From Botryllus schlosseri (lineage: Eukaryota): 64,000 nucleotides of DNA. The DNA lies in the NCBI GenBank assembly GCA_051294905.1, contig CM119383.1, positions 7,874,001-7,938,000 of the forward strand, given 5' to 3'. Shown in pieces: positions 49,701-63,900 of the stretch. The translations under genes and the position numbers were made by a program. How positions within the stretch are numbered: position 1 is the first letter of the stretch; each line of letters begins with the position of its first letter. Under the pieces are notes generated by a model that saw only the letters and a program-made list of their open reading frames with translations, was not told the DNA's origin and did not search any database.

Positions 49701-50090
49701 ATTGCGAATATTGTAATGCCTAATAGCATGCTACAGATCCTAATTGCGCGGTTCCATGGTCAGTGTGTACCAACAGTGCATGTCTATTCATTCCAGTGGT
49801 GTGCATTGAATCTCATTTAGATGCCCAATTTGTTGAATGAACATTTTTCCAGGTGCAGATGTTGTAGGATTATTTGTGTGGGTGAAATGTTATGAACCCG
49901 AAGACACTAGATACACCAAAATCTACCTTGAGGCAGGAGTTGATGGGTAGCGAGTACGGTCGAGAGATGGCTTGGCAATCACGATGGAGCTCGCTGATGA
50001 TGATGCAAATCACAATGTATGTCTTTCAGCCCTTGTAGCTTCAGGTGTTGGAGCGTCTTAATCCATGCATATACATGAGAGCATATATCA

Positions 50091-50430
50091 TAGGGTTACC
50101 ATATTTTGGAAATCTGAAAAGAGGACACTTTTTCAGACTTGCAAAACCGGATGAGAATTCTCAAAAATGGTAAATTTTTCCTACTTTGTGGGCGGTTGAC
50201 CAAAAAAAATGTCAATTTTCTCGCCAGCGACCAAAATACTGTTTTTTCCTTCACTTGAGCAGGTGCATGGCATCTCAGTCGAATTTGCTATGAATATGAC
50301 CAAAATTCTCAAAAACGGGGACAAAATCTCAAAAGAAGAGGACAAAAGGGCGTCCTCCGAGGACACTTTCAAAAAAGTCAAAAGAGGACAAATCCTCTTA
50401 AAAGAGGACGTATGTCGTATGGTAACCATA
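50091..50430. mobile_element. hAT MITE nested in the PHIS element
   Basis: TIR TAGGGTTACCATA / TATGGTAACCATA, perfect TSD atatatca, and repeated aggac(a) subterminal motifs. Confidence 0.9.
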
Positions 50431-53400
50431 ATATATCAGAACCTATAATCTGAAAATAAATCATGGTTACAATATCTACTGCATCATCGCAGTCTCTGAG
50501 GAAATGTCTGTTTCCTTACTTACCCTGACTACCAAGTACAAGGTGAATCAATACTACATTTTCTGAGATATTTCCATTGGGTGTGGTATCTCACTTTTCT
50601 GCAAATTGTGATAACATTGGCTGTTCACAATAGAATATTGCTTCCACAATAAGAGAGGATTGTCTCCTCAATCTTTATCCCTCGTGTACGTAGCCTTCCA
50701 TCAAATACTTCGTAGATTTCTCCGCGGAGGTAAAATAAAATACTGTTCCACTCAAATCCAAAAATCCGATAGATTCTCCATGTAGCTTTCAATCAATATC
50801 ATCATCATATCATCAATATACGCCAAAATTGTGCTGTGTGGCAGCAGCTATATTTTTCTACCATATATTTCTGAACACGAGATAAGCTTGAAAATTTTGC
50901 TCGTGACTTGAGCCTATGAAATCGTCAAAATACGCATTACCACAATCTTGTAGTATAGTATACAACAATCGTTGCTTATAATCCGAAAAATTGTCAAAAC
51001 TCCATGCATTTGGACACACCATGCTGATGCGTGCTTGCCACCATTCAAGTTTATTCTAGGTTAGAACACTGTAAAAACATACTAGCTATGCGTTATTACC
51101 ATTCATCAAAGCCAGCTATCCCCAATTCAATGTCATTTTGCTAAAAATCTTCATTTTTCACCCTTTCTCCATAAGAGCTCATTGTAAGTTTGCCCGGGCT
51201 TGATCTTTGTTGACATCCTGCTGCAACCTGATTGGTCCGTGTCAAAGGTCACGTAAGTGTCTATTGGATATTATTCAATTGCATCTTGAATGTACGATCG
51301 AAACATCCGGGAGTTCTACGTATGTTGACATGGCATTTTCCGCTTGCGTGACTACGTCAGTCACCGGCATACGCAAACATTCCGTGACGTGTTACGTACA
51401 GCCGAGACGTGTCTAGCTAGTCTCTGGCACGGAATGTTCGCCTTGGCCTCAGGTTGTATTTGCATTAGGCTTCTGTCCTTACTCTCCGTGTTTGTCTGCC
51501 CAAATTGACCGCGTGGCGCTTTTCTTGGATCATTTTCAGTTATTACTACCCTTTTTTCTGTTGAGCTACTCGTTCGGAAGGGCAGGACAGCTTGTAATGT
51601 TCAAGTGATGAGGCATGCGTTTTTTGCTGAAAAATTGAAACGAAAAGCAAAATCTATATCAAGTTTCGGCAGAAGTATTAATTGATGTATTTTGACAGTG
51701 AGCGTTAATCAATATACCTTAACTGATCCAAGAACCAGATTTTATTGATATGGTATGTTCCATATCAATGAGAAAGTTCTCCTTCGATTCAAGTGCTGTA
51801 GAACACTTTCTATATACCTCTTGGGCACTTATTAGGTTGTTACTTACCATACCAGATAGTCAGATACCAGTTTAGGATCTTGGTACCTTTATGTAATGAA
51901 TTGCTTGAGGTGGGATGACTCCTCGTGTGCCAATGTATAATTTGTGGCAACGTCACCTTCAATTTTCAATGTGCAACCCCTATGGAATCTCGGTTTATTT
52001 TTCAAAATGAATACTGCGTGATAAGAGCTTTTCTGCATAGAATAATTAGGTGATTAATCAGGAAGTTCTGCGTGACGTTACCACCAATAATTCCACTCTG
52101 GTATGCAAGAAACCCTTATTATTGGCGAAAACGACCATTTTTTGTATAGTCAGGCCCGAGTGACAATCTGAACAATTTTGGAATACCTGGTTAGTGGTTA
52201 GTACCGGTAAGTCACAAGTAAGCCGATCATCTGAAAAGAAATCATCTTTACAAGACAAATTTGTCATAAGATGGTGCATTTTTGGTAGATCCGGCTGTTT
52301 GCCTGTATGGAACCGGTGACCTGTGCTCACACAATTCCCTGTGATCATCATACTTACGTTAACTTGGGGAAGGATCGCTCTGCACCTTTTATATTCTGGC
52401 AGAACGTATTTCGGGTCGCGGTTGTGTGCAGGGACGATACCCTGGCGGTTGGCGGATGCACATGCGACACATAAGATACTGGCAAATATAGCCTATAACA
52501 TGTGTGTATAGGTAGTTTTACAGGATATACTCCTGATGAACATAGCAATGCTGTCAAAGCAAGACTTGCGAACAGAAGACATAAAATATTACTGTCAGTA
52601 ACAGCTTAGCATTTGAACAACCTTAATTTTCAGCTGGTGTTAGATGTTAACTTGCTGACTAGTATGACATTGGTGTCCATGGCATGCACAATCCAAAACT
52701 TTTCGACTAATATTGCACTGTAAATAAAATGTAAATAAGTCGTCGGGCCACTGCAACTGCAATGAATTGATTTTGGCTCAAGTCAGCATTCGGCACACTC
52801 CAATTTTTCCCTAGCCTTTATGTGACTTTTTAGTGCACGATGGGTGGAGCCCCAGTATGGAATCGGTGTCCAAGGCACGCAGGATCACGCCGACTTGGTC
52901 GCCAGTTGCACGTGGTCACGCCGTCACGGGTCGTTGATTTCATTTAAAAAAATTGAAAAAAAATTGAAAAAAGGTCAATGTTCTCAGCCACCCCAAATGC
53001 TATATTCCAGTTAGTATGTGGTATATAATGTTTTGACCTAATCCTCAAGCCAGGATCTGTTGATTACCTGTCTGTTGGTAAAGTACTTGCACCTTACCAG
53101 TTGCTAACCGTTAGCATCTGATCTCCTGTGACTGGCTTAACACAGTCATTTCATTCATTTGAAGTCAGTAACCTTGCTTGTCACGCCGCAAAGTTGGCTC
53201 TGTCACGCGAAAAAAGCTTCTATCACGCAGGATTTATTTCAAAAAAAGGACGGAGATTCCAATCAGGGGTGGAGGTGAAGTATATACATTGAAATAGCAC
53301 TGCAAAGTTTCGCCAACTATTGTGTTTATGGTCTGTCTATATAAAAATTCTGACAGAGTTCACCTGCATTTTGGAGAGCCCTCCGTAAAATAAGACGAGA

Positions 53401-54959
53401 GCTGTCACACTGTCCCTAAATTAAATCTGACACACGAGGAAACTCGTATCACGCGCAATTGATTGCAGAAAAGGTAGGCCTGGCTTGATTCGACCCCTTG
53501 ATAGTCATTCTTGTGAAATGGCAATCTTCAATACCAAATTTAAACCATGCTGTTGAGAATAATTTGAATGTTTGCTGTGTGTATCAAAACTATGTAACGT
53601 TACAAAACAAATATATAAAAGCATTTTGATCCTGGTTTGTTAGCATCCTCAAATATCGTGAAATATGTGGCAAAGCATGTATATTGCAATTGAATGTAAT
53701 GAAATGTAATCTAGGTTTATATCATTGGCAGCTAGTGTTTCGTAATATTGCTTTGTTTAAAATGGTATAACCTAAACACTTTAATACAGTAGGAAACTTA
53801 TACTATTCAATGAGAAATTTGCTGGCATATCATATTGCTATATATATGGAGACCAAACGTTGTGCTTTCGTTTCAGCCACTGCATGTGGCTATCGACATC
53901 GCCACCAGTCGAGTATTTGGTTCTGTTTGCTGCCTATTATGACAACTTGCGCAAAAACGCTATTTATAGGCTCGTCAACTTGGTTCTTGTAATATATAAT
54001 CCTATTGTTTCGTTTTGGTCATGAATACATTAATACTTTTGTTGAATTTTCTGGAATATAGATAGGGCACATGAATATATTTCGTGTCATGCAGGCTATG
54101 CTACTACATAGTAATTGACCTTTATCTAATTCTACATGATATGTTAGCCTTCCATTCCAAGTTGGTTTACTGCTGTTCATTCTTGAATTCAAGGTTTTAT
54201 TTCAACATGTTTTACATGTATTTCAAATCTATTTCCATGTTTATTTTCTCTTTTTTTCTGCAAATTGGATCCTATGTTACTGAAGTTGAAGATGTTAGTT
54301 GTATTGAATTATATAAACGACAGCAAGCCTCATATAGCTGTATAAATGAAAGAGTGGCCTGTTTTTGAATGAAATGAAAATATTTTTGTTATTGTAATGA
54401 ATGGATCGTAAAGAAGAGAAATACTGGAAATTGATAACTGAAAATTGCAAATTGATACACATTGAAAGCAAAAACTAAACAATGCTGATACGGTACCAGT
54501 TCATTCATTTCCATCGTTAATGATTGAAAGATTCAAGGCTATCTAATCTTTAAATATCGAGTCCAAGTACTGGCACTCAAGTTAGCATGTCCAAACTTGT
54601 ATCAAAACCGTCACGTTTTGATTTCGATATATCGTGTCTCAAAAATTGAACGCCATTATGTTGAAGTTACATCCTGGTTATTGCCTCCTACATTATTCAA
54701 ACTATGTAAAGATCCTGACCTATATTTTAGCCAACCTCTGTCATTTTCCATATTTCAGTTTGCTCAAGGCCAGCCTTTGTGTTTTGTTCTTTACACTTGA
54801 CAGCAATCTTGTTTTGTTAGCTCGCGGGCTGTCAAGTTGGGATTATCAATTCGGATATCATTTGTCATTCTCAGACTAGACAATCTCTCTCGGTAGGCGT
54901 GAGATTTATTTTTGGTGATTCCTCTGTCTGAGTTGGGGAAGGAAGCACGTTTGCGGAGT

Positions 54960-57900
54960 ATGATGGATTCCAGTTCCATGTCGTTGCTCGCTTTTGGCGG
55001 CGTCGTTGTAGTCGGTGCAGTCGTTATGTACCTCGTCTCTCTATTCAGGTATGGGGAACACTCTCATTTTTTCTGTCCCCGCGCTCACTCGACAGGATAT
55101 CCTGACTTTGTTTCAGCATGAAAGAGACGAGCTTCGAAGACGTGCTGGAGGAGCAACGCAAGAAAAAGGCCAAGGAAGACAAAGAGAGGTCACTCCAAAA
55201 TAAGCAGAAACGGGAACAGTACAAGAAAAAATTTGATCACAAGAAAAAGAAAAGTGAGAATATTTTTGGTGATTACTGCCATTATATTTCGGCACCCTCA
55301 ATTCCAACCATATTGCGGTGTCTTAGTCTTTTCTATAAATTTGTTTCTTGAATATCCGCAGCCACGATAGGTAATGGAAAAGTGGAAAAGGCTGATAACG
55401 CCGTGCCGGTGGAGGACGAACAAGCTAAAGAAGTTGCTGATGTGGTGGACGCGCCTGCTCCGGAAGTGAAGAAACAGCCCAAAGCGAAAGCACCCAAAGC
55501 CCCCAAAAAACAGGAGGCTCCCGTGCAGCAGGCTGTCGAAGCGAAGAAAGACAGCCCGAAGCCGTCTCATCCTATAATCAAGCAGCCGGAAAAGGCGAAA
55601 GAGACGAAGCCGGCTAAAGCTGCAGCTGCGTTGGACGTCAAGGCCGAAGTAAAGGCCGAGAAGGCGAATTCGAGCCGTGTACGCACGGTGAGTTTAGCAG
55701 TTGATCTGTTTTCCATATTTTTCTTGTAGCTCCGTTTAGTGTCTGTGTTAGTACATTGGCTTCTATGACCCGTAGTGTCTTCTGCCCGCATAATGCTTAC
55801 GACTCGAGTCTAGTGTTTATTCAGTGTTGTGAGTTTATTGAAAAAATTTCATTCAAATCAAATACTAGGTTGGCGTGCTTGCAATGCTGTGAATTAAAGA
55901 AGTAGTTTATTGCAGCTGTGCATTTACCACATTGTTGATTTGCTCTAATTTAAAGACAGTGGTTTTAAATAAGCTAAACCAGGTCGTATCTTGATTCCTG
56001 ACTTCACCCCTTTTGAATACGGGATTGTGGTCAATGATCTAGCTAATGTTCCTTGGTAGACTGCAGTGTTTTCTTGATATTGACTATAATTAAAGCATCT
56101 TTGTGCAGTAGCGGAATTGGAAGTAACAAATTCGTTTATGATTTATATGTTATGTTTCATCCTGCGTAGAGTGTTGTTGAAACAATCTGTAGTCGCATAA
56201 ATACTAGCAGGCATATATGCGATATTTTCAACTATTTCTTATTGTGATATCTGAAGGCGATTTCGGTTTTGCATGAAGTGTTGATGGGAATGCGGTTTCT
56301 ATGTCATAAGCATATAATAACATCATATTACATCGGGTATCGGCCACATTGCCCGAAGGCTATGGAAATTACTCGTCTATTTGGTGCATTAATTCTGCAT
56401 AAATTCTGTATAATGCTTTCGGTATAAACTGCATGATCCAGTCTATTAGAATTGAAACTGACCAGCGTTGACCTGAGTTATGGATTAGCCTCAGGAATGA
56501 CATGTCTGCTTTCATTTTTAGCATTCTTGTTTATCTCCCTTTAAGGGCATTAATCATTCTCGCGTCATGGTAGAATCACCCGTGTCATACTATAGTAGTA
56601 GTGGTGGTGATATTTTTAAACAGCTGATCTTATTTTCAACTGGTCGTTCGAAACCTCAAGTATCATATTTCAAAAGATTTTTGTTCGGGAGCAAGAAACA
56701 ATAATAATTGCGTCTAGTAAGTGATTGGGAATTTGTAATTGAAGAGAAATTCCTTTCTTGGCAGGACTTGCTATTGAAATCATGTTACTGATTGAAGGTT
56801 CCATTAAGCATACCCTCAACTTCCTGTTGCATATTTTTGCCAGCTGGCTGATTAATCTTTGCATGTAAGCGATTCTCAGTGTCTATATTTAGAATTTGAA
56901 TTCCGTCAGAACTGATTTTGACGTTTGTCATCCGAATTAGTGTAGCCCTCATTTTAAAGGACGCCGGTTGAAGCCAGATAATTACAGTCGAAAAGTTACG
57001 AATTTCATTTTATTCAGGTCTCTTTCAATGATGATGTCCAGTCGAAGGACAGAAGTGACACGGAACTAGAGAAGGTAAAGAAAAAAAAGACAAAGGATCC
57101 CGAAGGTAAGCTAATGTGATGATAGTTCTCATGAAGATGTTTTTGGCTGTGAAGCGTCGGCAATGTTTTTTTATTCGAAGTGCCGTCGCCATTTTTCCGC
57201 TTTATACTGCTTCTTCCCAAAATCCAAAATCTCTCTCGGAAGCGTAGGCTATTATAGCCATTGCTCCATTTTATCGAAACGCCACTATAATTTATGACAG
57301 CCAAATTATGATACTTTAGTAGATACTTCAATATTTTTCGACTGAATCATTTGCTATATCACATCCAAATGCTCCTTTTTATTACATGATCGACTTACTA
57401 TTCGTCTGCGATAAAATTCACTTTAGTTCATCTTTCTTCCGTTAGGGGCTCAACAAACGGCAACGTTGGCAATTTATTTTGGCAAATATACTTAATTGGA
57501 TTTCATACTATGCAGTAACAATTGCGAGTGTTGAAAATCCTTCTTCAGACAATTTCCTATCATCTACTATGTGATTTTGGTCTATCGTCTGTCGAGTGTT
57601 TGTAGAAGTTTGACTTCACAGACCATTCTTCGTATTTTATGCCTTTGGTGGTGTTCTTTATCAAAGCAAATTCTGGTTTCAGTCGAGAATGAGATTGTCG
57701 GTAAGCTGAAGGATACTTCCTTGTCCGAACGTGACGTGCAAAACATTTTGACGATGGTGAGGCAGAAATATCGCATCGACGTCGGTGGTGGCTCTAAGGT
57801 ATGGAAAGTAATTGAAGCAATCCCAAATCATTGATTATTGTGCGTTCTTACTGCTGTGAGTTTGACTTCGTTCCATCATGCTCGTTGTAATGGATGTTAT

Positions 57901-60900
57901 TTACTTTTGTGGTGTAGGATATTTGCTTAAACTTATAACTATTAACTTGACTGTTAATAAATACTGTACGGGTCTTTGTTGTTTTGTTGGATTTCGTTTT
58001 CATTCACACTACGTAGCAACAGCCGCGAAGTCAATTGTCAGTCACAATCAAAGATAATAGTTCCGTATTGTCCAAATATTGACTGCTATCGCCCTATTAG
58101 TCGATGACAGAAACATGTCTTGTGATTTTGCTTGCAAGTCTTGATCTTTTCGCATCGAGAAATGTCGAGGGCCCAATTCCCACTGTTTGTATTTTGCAAA
58201 CTGCTCGTGCAATTCTTGTCTGTTTTCACCTTATAAAACCATTCTCACTTGTTCAATTCCCGTGTGCCTGTAGATGAACTTGAACTTCCTGATTTTTGCA
58301 TTGTCAACTGTAATAAATAATGTAATAAACTCTGCTTGTGATCAACCTTCACTATGGTCGTGCCTCGTGCCTCAATGCGGTTTTGCTCGAGTTACTTTTG
58401 TAATTAATGATACTCTTCCTGGGTATGGCACGTGTATCGACTCCATTGTTTAGTCCGTGATGGTATTTTTTGGGGAATTTGGACTGTGGTTATCGATGAG
58501 GAAATTCCTGGAATTTGAGAATGGCTGACTTGTTAAGTAGGAAACCACAGGACGTATCACTTCATGGGATATGAACTCTTAGCGAATACTTTGAACCTAC
58601 TAAAGATGATAGCTAGACTAGTGATTACGTATCTGACGGCAATATAAAATTGGATTTAACTTTGGAAAATTCAAAGCCACTTGTACATTCAAACAACTTG
58701 AGTTTCGGAAGTGTGAACAATATAAATCCTGTTATAATTTGGCCTAAATGTTTCTCTTTGCTTATATTATCTTACCTGAATTCAAGGTTGTCTCTGATTG
58801 CGATTATTTGTAAACACTGTTCTGTTCGCCTGTGTTCTGTTGGGAGTCGTGTTTATTTGAACTACTTGTTTCTTACTTTTAGATCAAAGATCTTCATCAG
58901 CAATTGGAGGATTCACAAAAGCTAGTAACCCAACAGGAAGCCGACTTGAAGAATTATGTAAGCAGGTGCATGGGTGCGGAAGGAAAAATTGAAAAACTGA
59001 AGCAGGTAAGACTTTGAAAGCACTTTTGGGTCATGCGAGTTAACCTTCCTTTGCGTGCTGTAATTTTTGTTTGCAAGGGACATGATAGGAGGTGTTTTGT
59101 TATGACTCACTGTGTAGCGATGTTGGTATAGAAATAGCTTTGCAAGCGCCATACTCCTTCCTGACGACTAACATTATTTTTAGGTAAATGTTTTGAATGT
59201 GGCTGATGCCCAAAATATATGTCGGATATGTTCTGGATCTTGGCTGCTCTTTGAAAGGATTGATTTCCGCTAGACTAGCAATGAATTGACTCCGTCCCAG
59301 TAATTAGGTCTCCTTAATTGTGGAGCCATCGTACCGCATCATTGAAATCTTCCAATTTGGTACTTTTGTGAGCTAATTGTATGCCTTTTGTGACCATCAT
59401 ACGGCATATAACCGGGATCACTGTGACTGCGAATGTAATAAGATGTCTGAATATGTGCGTAGGCCTATTTGTGGAGCTTAAGTTGGTGTTTTAATATTGA
59501 CCCGATCAATCTTGTTCTTTGGGGTTGTATATATAATCTCGCAGTCTGTTTGTTCTGCCTTAGGGGAAATATCAGTTTCATAGATAAATTTACATTGAAC
59601 AGTTGCTCCTTATTTGTTTCGTTTCCTTTACTTCACTGTCAAGCATGTTCAGCGATAGCGCTTCATGACTTTATTTTTTAGATCAGTGCTCATGAAATGA
59701 AGTGATTTTTGTTGTGTGCGTAGCCTAAATTCTGTGCTGAATTTGTAAAACGCGAGTGAGGCAACAAACATGTACATATTATAACACGTTCAGCATTTTG
59801 CTGACCGTGCCATCCCGCGGCCGGCTCGTGCCGTATGAATTTCAAAGGTATTTGGTAATAGCTCATTTACTTTTGACGTGTTCTATTTCTTCGGCGTTGC
59901 ATCCATGTACCCTATGGCATTTTCCGTTTTAAGCACCTCGCTATTTTCTATTTTGCCCGAAGGTTTAGTGTTGGTCTGATGTTTGATATCTTTTTTCGAG
60001 TGTGCTCGGAATACTTGAGTTCTTAATAACTGCGGATCTTAATCACCAGCGCCAACTTTCATATTCATTCACAAACGCCAATGTGACTTATTGACTTGGG
60101 CAACTGATCGGCTAAAGCTTGCAGTGTTCATTGCAAGTTATTTGGTGGTGTTAGAATTTACACAATTGCATGTGTGTTTGCACTCGATGCGGTAACCATA
60201 GAATATATTTACATAACCAAGCTTTATGCAATTCAAATCTTGGTGGCGTGCACTCTGGCTGACATCTGATATTGTAAGATTTTCGTCACTGGCTTTTGGA
60301 TGTGATGAATTTACCAGGATCAGAATTACGTGAATTGTTCATTCTTTCGTCTGTCAACTGGATAGCATCAAATGGACTACTTGGTTTCTACCTACCCTTA
60401 GTCATGAATCTCATGCCTCCAACGTTTGCAAACAAACTTTTTATTTGTATGCCGACGCCGGGCCTTGCGAGCTCTTGTGTAATTTGTACCTGCCGCATGT
60501 TTTTTAGGAAATAATGGTCGAAAAGACGAAGGTTACCTCGCTGGAAAAGGCGGTGGAAGACGCAGAAAATCAGAAGAAGACCGAAGTTTCCGGTATGAAA
60601 AGTCACCACGCCGCCGAGATGAAGCAGATCCAGGAGAAAATCGCGAAGGCTAAAGATTACGAGGAGCTCAGTAAAAGTGTTGTCAACTTGAAGACGGAAA
60701 ACGGAGTTTTACGAAATGAAGTACAGAAGAATGCACTTGCGTGAGTACATTCACGTTTGTGGCGATATGCGATTCTTGTAAAACATTTGTACATAATGCG
60801 ATAGCCAAATGGATAGTTCTTTTTATACTACGACGAGGGGCCGTGTTAACCCTCCACCTGTATACAGCAAGCTGTAACCAATTACGCGGACATATGTATT

Positions 60901-63900
60901 AAATCCACTCATGCGCAATGTATTACGCATAGAGCCACCATTCAGAATGTATGGGCATTTGTTAAGATATATCACCAGGATATTTGCGATAAGATTAGAC
61001 TAGACATAATATACATGAAAAAAGTGCACAATATGCCGGAGTACAATGCATATATAGCATTAGCAGTACATATTTTTATACATTACACAACAAAATATGT
61101 ATTTTTTATGTAATATAGTATATACCATACGCATTATACGCACAGACATAAAGGGTTTGTACGGTAATATTCAACAACAGTACTCGTCTAGTAGATGTTA
61201 AGATTTTTTGTTACTGTGGCATGCTGGCAGCAGTGAATCTAATGCTTTGCCTGTTCTAAAACCCGAGCCTTCTTGCAGTATGTCGGAAAAGCAAAGGCTC
61301 GCCACGGACTTGAATCTTGCCAAGAGCCAGCTGCAAGAAGCCAACAAAAAATGTTCGGAGCTGGAGCAGAAACTGGAAAAATCCGACAGCGCCCAACAGA
61401 ATCAGGTGATGACGGCATTCTCTGAATTTCTGTGTCGCATGCAAATCTAGCAAGGATAAGGTGTCGCGCTAGTTTCCCAGGCTAGAGATCGCGTAGCTCA
61501 CAATGACAGTGTCGTTGACGGAATTTATGACTCTACATTTGCAATCGTAAAAGCTCCATACTGGGTTATAGTTACAATAAAAGTTTGTGACCGCTGTGTT
61601 ACTTGTTGAACTGTTAGCTTTGGCTGTCTTTCATGTTTTGACTTTTATGGCGGTGGAAGAGTTTTTGTTGAGGTTAACGTGAATAATTAGTATCCAGTCA
61701 AGCGGTAATTTACTTGAATGTTTACGGTGCTCCCGTGCATTGATCTAACACAAGTTTGGCAAATATATAGGCCTACTTATGATTGGGGGAGAGGGTAAGA
61801 ATCATAAGATTTGGTTTGTCTAGCAAATTTTTGTTTCCATGCATGTGGTGCAATGTCCATTAGTGGACGCAACTATCATACTTCGCTGTCATTCCAAACG
61901 CGTTGCTAACACTATTTTTTGTTGAGGATGTGAATTGATATAGTAGATAGATGTGATTGTTTATGTTCTGTAAGCTCCGGGATTTTCACCCCAACCCAGT
62001 AATCGCTTTTGTCGAAATAGATAAGTTGCGTACTCGTACAGCTCGCTGGTGGTGGTACTGGGTAGTCTTTTCCTACTTTTGGTTTGCATGCTCTGTAATC
62101 TGTCTGGCGTGTAGCGGCTGTTTGGTGACTGGCTTCTTTCCTGATGGTGCCATTAGGGTGAACAAGAGAAACAGTTCGCAGAGAAATTGCGACAGCAAGC
62201 TAGCCGAGTTCGCGAAATGGAACAGAATCGAGATGCGCTCGAGGCGGAACTGCGGAACGTGAAATCGATGCTTGACGTGACGCAGGTGGGCCGAGTGTCG
62301 AAGGTGGTAAACGATGTGTTAACCGGGTTCTATTGAACTGACGTTATAATGCAACGAGGCCGCGTCATCTCATTCATAAAATAGAAACGTTACTCATTCA
62401 CGCATGCACGGTACGCCGTCGGTAACGTCAGTTTAATGTATTATTTGACACCGTCATCCTGATGTGTTGTTCATTCATCAAAAAGTCGACGATGCCAGCA
62501 ACAGGAAACCAATTTGTTTGTATCGCTATATGTGACTTGGTGTGGGCATGCCCTGTAGACTACCATTTGAGGAATACGCGTTTCTTTGATGCATGCTGAT
62601 ATTCTGTCTCTGCGCGATTATTGATCCGTGTGTGTATTTTTCAAATCGGTAGACCGCGAAAACAGACTGTAAACACAGTCTGGCTTGTTACCTTGATCTA
62701 ATTGGTGCGGAGAAAAGGGATTTTTGGTGTCCGGCTTGAAATTTTTTCTTGCTATACTCGAGCAAAGTTGTAGACGAACACACTGTTGTGAAGGTTTCGT
62801 TCTGCTGTTTTTGAATGTCTTCACGCGAACGTCGCTGTCTTCAGAGTAATTCGGCGAAGCTGCTTGATCAAGTGACATCTCTCAACGATGACGTCGAAGC
62901 GAAGGCCTCCGCGCAGAAAGCTCTCGAGCAGCGTTTGGAGGAAAGTAAAAAAGATATTGCAGATCGAGACTCCAAAATAAAAGTGAGTCACGAGGTTACG
63001 GTGCCATTGGCAATTTGTTGTGTCTGTGTTACCCTACAAGCAATGTTCCCTCCAAGCTGCGCAAATGCGCAGTGCTGACACGGACGGTGTCAGCGCACAG
63101 AACATCTAAGTTGTGCACAAAAAGTCCGAAGTGATGACCTTTTTTTAGTCTGCGCAGTAAGTTGGTGAGTGTGCGCAGACAAGTCAAAAATTAGAGGGAA
63201 CATTGCCTACAAGCTGTGTGTCAAAGTTCATTTTCACCTCGAGTACACGCACTTCCAATCTGATTGACATCATAATTTGATTCATGCCAGGTTTATTTTG
63301 ATGCGATAGAATTATCTTGGAGATTCTCGCACATTCTGTCGAGTTGATAGGCGATTCATGACTTTTTTCCCTGTATCAAGTCAGAATTCGGTATCAAACG
63401 CTGGTGCTGTAAATCATTAAATATTCGGTGGGCAATGTTCCCTCCAATTTTTGACGAGTCTGCGCACACTCACCAACTCACTGCGCAGAACCTCGTACAA
63501 CAGTGCGTAACGACTAAAAAAAAAAGGTCATCGCTTCGGATTTTTTTGTGCGCAACTTGGGTTTTCTGTGCGCAGAGACTGTGTTAGAGGGAACATTGTT
63601 GGCGGACCTAATTGTGATTTGCCCACTTTACTGTTATTTCTACCTGTTTTCATGGACAGTGTGTCAGCTGTTGGATTTTTTAAACGACAAATTAATCTTT
63701 TAATGTAGGCGTTTCTGTCATTGCTTTTACGAGAGATTTCTTCTTAGCCTGCTGTGAACGTTCGATCCATTGTTTTGCAGAGTTTGAAGAAGAAAAATAC
63801 CGACCTGTCCGCTCAGGTAAAGAATCTCGAGCAACAGATTGCGCAGTTAAATTCGCAAGTTGTTAAAATCGAACAGGTGTGTAAATAGAGTCGGTGTCGC

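Larger units (their letters stand above)
47245..51265. mobile_element. Decayed ~4-kb PHIS-type (ISL2EU-like) DNA transposon with long TIRs
   Basis: Inverted repeats of >250 bp (47245-~47510 vs ~51000-51265, e.g. aatagacacttacgtgacctttgacacggaccaatcagg). Internal THAP and DDE remnants on + and a convergent second-ORF remnant on -. Two MITEs are nested inside. Confidence 0.8.

Noticed and set aside
52192-52235. Exon-like segment on the minus strand (ttttcag...cag|gtattc)
   Set aside because: I found no phase-compatible partner exons or recognisable protein. It may be lncRNA or chance.
53045-53488. 10-bp inverted repeat (tcaagccagg/cctggcttga) as a transposon boundary
   Set aside because: No TSD and the match is too short to support a call.
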